NCBI GenBank assembly: GCA_018985225.1
Contig: JADGIF010000351.1
Coordinates: 1-10,269 of the forward strand
Source: Amoeboradix gromovi X-113
Taxonomy: Eukaryota; Fungi; Sanchytriomycota
Direction: 5' to 3'
DNA: 10,269 bases
Shown: positions 7,357-10,269 of the stretch, piece after piece
Position numbering within the stretch: position 1 is the first letter of the stretch
Layout: each line of letters starts with the position of its first letter
Translations under genes and position numbers: made by a program
The notes under the pieces: generated by a model
Database searches by the model: none
Seen by the model: the letters and a program-made list of their open reading frames with translations, nothing else
Told to the model about the DNA's origin: nothing

Positions 7357-9228
7357 ATGGATGTTTATTCTCAATTTGGAAGAATAAAAACTGCCAATAA
7401 ACAAGCCAATGTAGGCGCATCTGAATTCGGAATGAGCAGTAGAAGACAAGGGAAATTAACTACTGGAAGACCAACTACTGGTCTAAAAGGTGCTGGATTT
7501 CAGAGTACTAGGGCATCGAATAAGTTAGGACCTGATAAAGTAGAAGAAGATGCATTTACTAAGCATGAAAATCAGATAAAGGTTCTCATTGATGAGTTAT
7601 ATATATCTCCAGATTTAAAGAAAGTTAAAAAGTGTTATGAAATATTGCAGGAAGCTGACAAAATCAAAAGAGTAAGTTCGAAGCTATACAATAGTGTGAT
7701 GTTTCAATATGCTTTGCAACACGAGTATGTGGGTGATTATAGTCAAAGTATCAGTGTTTACCAAGAAATGATTCATAATAAATTTGGGCCAAATCCTGAT
7801 GTCTATTTGGTTAACATTGCCAAAAATTATTATAAGCTACAGGACTATACCAAAGCTATTAAATATTACCAGATGGCTCATGATAAATTAGAAAATGTTG
7901 ACTATAAAATAAATTGTATGAAAAGCATTGCAAATATTTATATGCAATTGAGCCAAGATTCGGCTATTACAGTCTACAATAATGTCCTTAGTTTGAGGTT
8001 TGACGTATCTTCAGCAACAAACTTGATGATTTGTTACTACAAGTCGAACAAAGTAGAGAGCATTAAAGCGGGATTTAATGAGTATATACTCATAGAAAGT
8101 ACTAGCTTATCGCTTTTCAACAATAAAAACGGTAAGAGTGATGAACTGAGTGACTTGGAAACCACTTTTACGAACAAGTTTGAAAAGCTGATTTTATTGT
8201 GCGTTAAAATGATATGTAAATTAAATCCACCAATGGAGCTGGTACAGACACTTGACTATTGTATAGAAAGAGTAAAAAATAGTCCACATTATGAGTTGAC
8301 TCATTCTTTGGAGCTATTGAAGTGCTTTGAACTTTTGCTGCTCAAAAAAAGCAGTGAAGCTATCGATCTGTACAAATCATTTGAATTAAAAGAACTGAGG
8401 CTCAGAACTGCTGCTAGCAATAATTTGGCATTCCTTTATCTTGTCCAAAAGGATTTAATCAACGCTGAGAAATATTGCTCCATAGTTTTACAGCAAGACA
8501 TGTATAACAGTAAAGCCCTTGTCAACATGGGCTGTATTTACTATGAAAAGTCTAACTTTAACAAAGCCATTGAATATTTTACAAAAGCATTAAGCAGCGA
8601 CTCGCTTTGTATTAGTGCTTTACATAACCTCGCACTTATAAAAACAACACTTCAGCAGCATGAGGGCTTGCATCTCTTTCTGAAATTGTATTCTTTGCAT
8701 AAGCACCATCATGAGGCCATGTACAACATTTTGTAGTTTTAAAATTAACTTAGAATAAACTCACACCCAGCTGACATTAAAGAGCATTGCAATACCCTGC
8801 TGTCACTTTGCCCTACAGACAGTAACGTACTTTTCATAATTGGCAAAATGCAGTCAAATCTACAAATGATATTGGAAGGGTATAGATTAGACCCTTGTAA
8901 TTCGGAGATATTAATGTATTTAGGTGATTATTATGAGCAGCAGCAGCTCTACTATAAAGCTAAAGGGTTTTACAGCGAGTTAGTCGAATTATACGGAAAT
9001 GCGTTGAATTTGTACAAGCTGGCTAAAATAACCAAACTGTGCGGCAATTTCACAGAAGCCTATAAGTTGGCGAATAAATCATACGAAATAGAGAAGAACA
9101 ACGCCATCATAACTTTGTTAATAGGTTTAAGTAAAGACTTGAATTTAGGGGATGTTCAAAAATGGGAGGACATGCTTGACAAGACAACTGTAAGGGAACC
9201 TATGGTGTTACCTTTATTGAATGAGTAA
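7357..9228 (+). CDS. IFT88: Intraflagellar transport protein 88-like TPR protein (~616 aa; exons 7357-8732 and 8754-9228)
   Basis: IFT88-like segments: RPTTGLKGAGF, NIAKNYYKLQDYTKAIKYYQMAHD, FELKELRLRTAASNNLAFLY, DMYNSKALVNMG, ALSSDSLCISALHNLAL, FLKLY and, after the intron, LCPTDSNVL. The 21-nt intron removes the in-frame TAG and joins the 459-aa and 126-aa ORFs. Confidence 0.85.
8733..8753 (+). other. 21-nt spliceosomal intron (gtagttttaaaattaacttag)
   Basis: GT...AG containing the in-frame stop. Its last 12 nt (aaattaacttag) are identical to those of the PHO81 intron, and the downstream frame is open and IFT88-like. Confidence 0.88.
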
Positions 9229-9302
9229 ACCTCGAATAAATCAATGAATTTACTTCAATTGTTCGACGTGTTCATTTAGGTCAAATTTGATTCCAGTTGA
9301 GT

Positions 9303-10181
9303 ATGATTTCAGATTTTATAGTCTTGATTTTATTTGTTATCTCAGACACGGCATTCTTTGCATATGCAGGATGGAAAATAAACAGCTACAGAAATTCAAT
9401 ATCAGACGTTCAAATGAAGGATGTCATGAAGACCACCATTTATACTTTATGTGGTGGAATAGTTGGATTCTACATGCTTTCGATAGACTTAGTAAGAGAA
9501 CTGGGATACTATGGAAATGATATGCTGTACGCAGTACTATTCTTAACCTTTTTAAGTAGTGCAGCTAGTATCTACAGGGCATCAAAAATATTCTTTCAAT
9601 CATATACACATGTCGGCCATGAAAAAGTAGGAAACAAGCTGTTATATGGATACATTCCATTTTTTGGCATCCCAATGCTTTTACTGCTCACAGTTGGCGA
9701 AATCGTATCAGAATTGGAAGTCATAATAGGGATGATAATACTTGGCTTTTACTTTTGGAATTTCGTTTCTGATACTATCATGGATTTTCTATGTTACAAT
9801 AAAGTTTACAGACTTCAATATACAATTGGAAGTGACGTTAGTGCGAGTAGAGATGCACAAACCGAAATAAAAAAGCTTCTGTTATGGAAATTCGTGGTTA
9901 TGTTGTTGGCATTCATATTGGTGTTGGGGTTATTCGTTATCGCGGATAAAAACGTAATGACTTATTTCACTGTTTTCTCCATGGGTCTTTTGATTCCCAC
10001 AAGTGGACTTTTGATGATGCGTAGATTGATTCTTGTCGAGAAATTGTTAAAAATCCCAATGCGCCCCACCGAAGAGATACAGGAGACCAATGAGATGGCA
10101 GATTTAGGAGATGGGACATGCTCTGTAAAAACTAAACTAGACAAAATGTATCCAAATTTCAAAAATAAACAGTCTGTATAG
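9303..10181 (+). CDS. Orphan multi-pass membrane protein, ~7 predicted TM helices (GPCR-like topology)
   Basis: Seven hydrophobic stretches (FIVLILFVI..., IYTLCGGIVGFYML, MLYAVLFLTFLSSAASIY, LLYGYIPFFGIPMLLLLTV, VIIGMIILGFYFW, LLLWKFVVMLLAFILVLGLFV, VMTYFTVFSMGLLIP) and a polar C-terminal tail. First in-frame ATG is 9303; ATG 9244 plus a 29-nt intron (9268-9296) would also be in frame. Confidence 0.7.
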   Translation: MISDFIVLILFVISDTAFFAYAGWKINSYRNSISDVQMKDVMKTTIYTLCGGIVGFYMLSIDLVRELGYYGNDMLYAVLFLTFLSSAASIYRASKIFFQSYTHVGHEKVGNKLLYGYIPFFGIPMLLLLTVGEIVSELEVIIGMIILGFYFWNFVSDTIMDFLCYNKVYRLQYTIGSDVSASRDAQTEIKKLLLWKFVVMLLAFILVLGLFVIADKNVMTYFTVFSMGLLIPTSGLLMMRRLILVEKLLKIPMRPTEEIQETNEMADLGDGTCSVKTKLDKMYPNFKNKQSV

Positions 10182-10269
10182 CTATTCTTTCGCCCTTTCA
10201 TCCAGTCTTTATTTTAGATTTGTACGGTAACTATTGACTTATGATTTCAAATACAATTCAATCAGAGTT

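Noticed and set aside
8731-8760. Stop-codon reassignment (TAG/TAA = Gln) as the explanation for split ORFs
   Set aside because: Long ORFs contain no internal TAA/TAG, genes end in TAA/TAG/TGA, and the PHO81 break needs a frame change that only the 19-nt intron supplies.
9287-10201. Alternative ORFs 9287-9520 (+) and 9962-10201 (-)
   Set aside because: They overlap the longer 7TM ORF in another frame or strand.
1-10269. Prokaryotic features (CRISPR array, operon, IS element, rRNA/tRNA)
   Set aside because: None seen. Gene content and GT-AG introns are eukaryotic, and the repeats are inverted rather than regularly spaced direct repeats.

Overview
AT-rich, extremely compact eukaryotic DNA. PHO81 plus IFT88 point to a flagellated early-diverging fungus or close relative (inference). 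Host genes: a PHO81/NUC-2-like SPX-ankyrin-degenerate-GDPD gene (- strand, completed by a 19-nt GT-AG intron), a divergent IFT88 (+ strand, completed by a 21-nt intron), an orphan 7TM protein and a few small hypothetical genes. The main finding is a ~2.85 kb unit (~4196-7060) between PHO81 and IFT88. It is bounded by long, modular, imperfect terminal inverted repeats (five colinear matching blocks, one out-of-order block, repeated AGACTAG-type subterminal motifs). Its only long ORF is a Crinkler/RHS (CR)-type header + P-loop NTPase + restriction-endonuclease-like protein, and no DDE transposase is visible. It looks like a TIR DNA transposon carrying, or possibly mobilised by, a CR NTPase-REase. 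All alignments were done by eye; no database searches were run.
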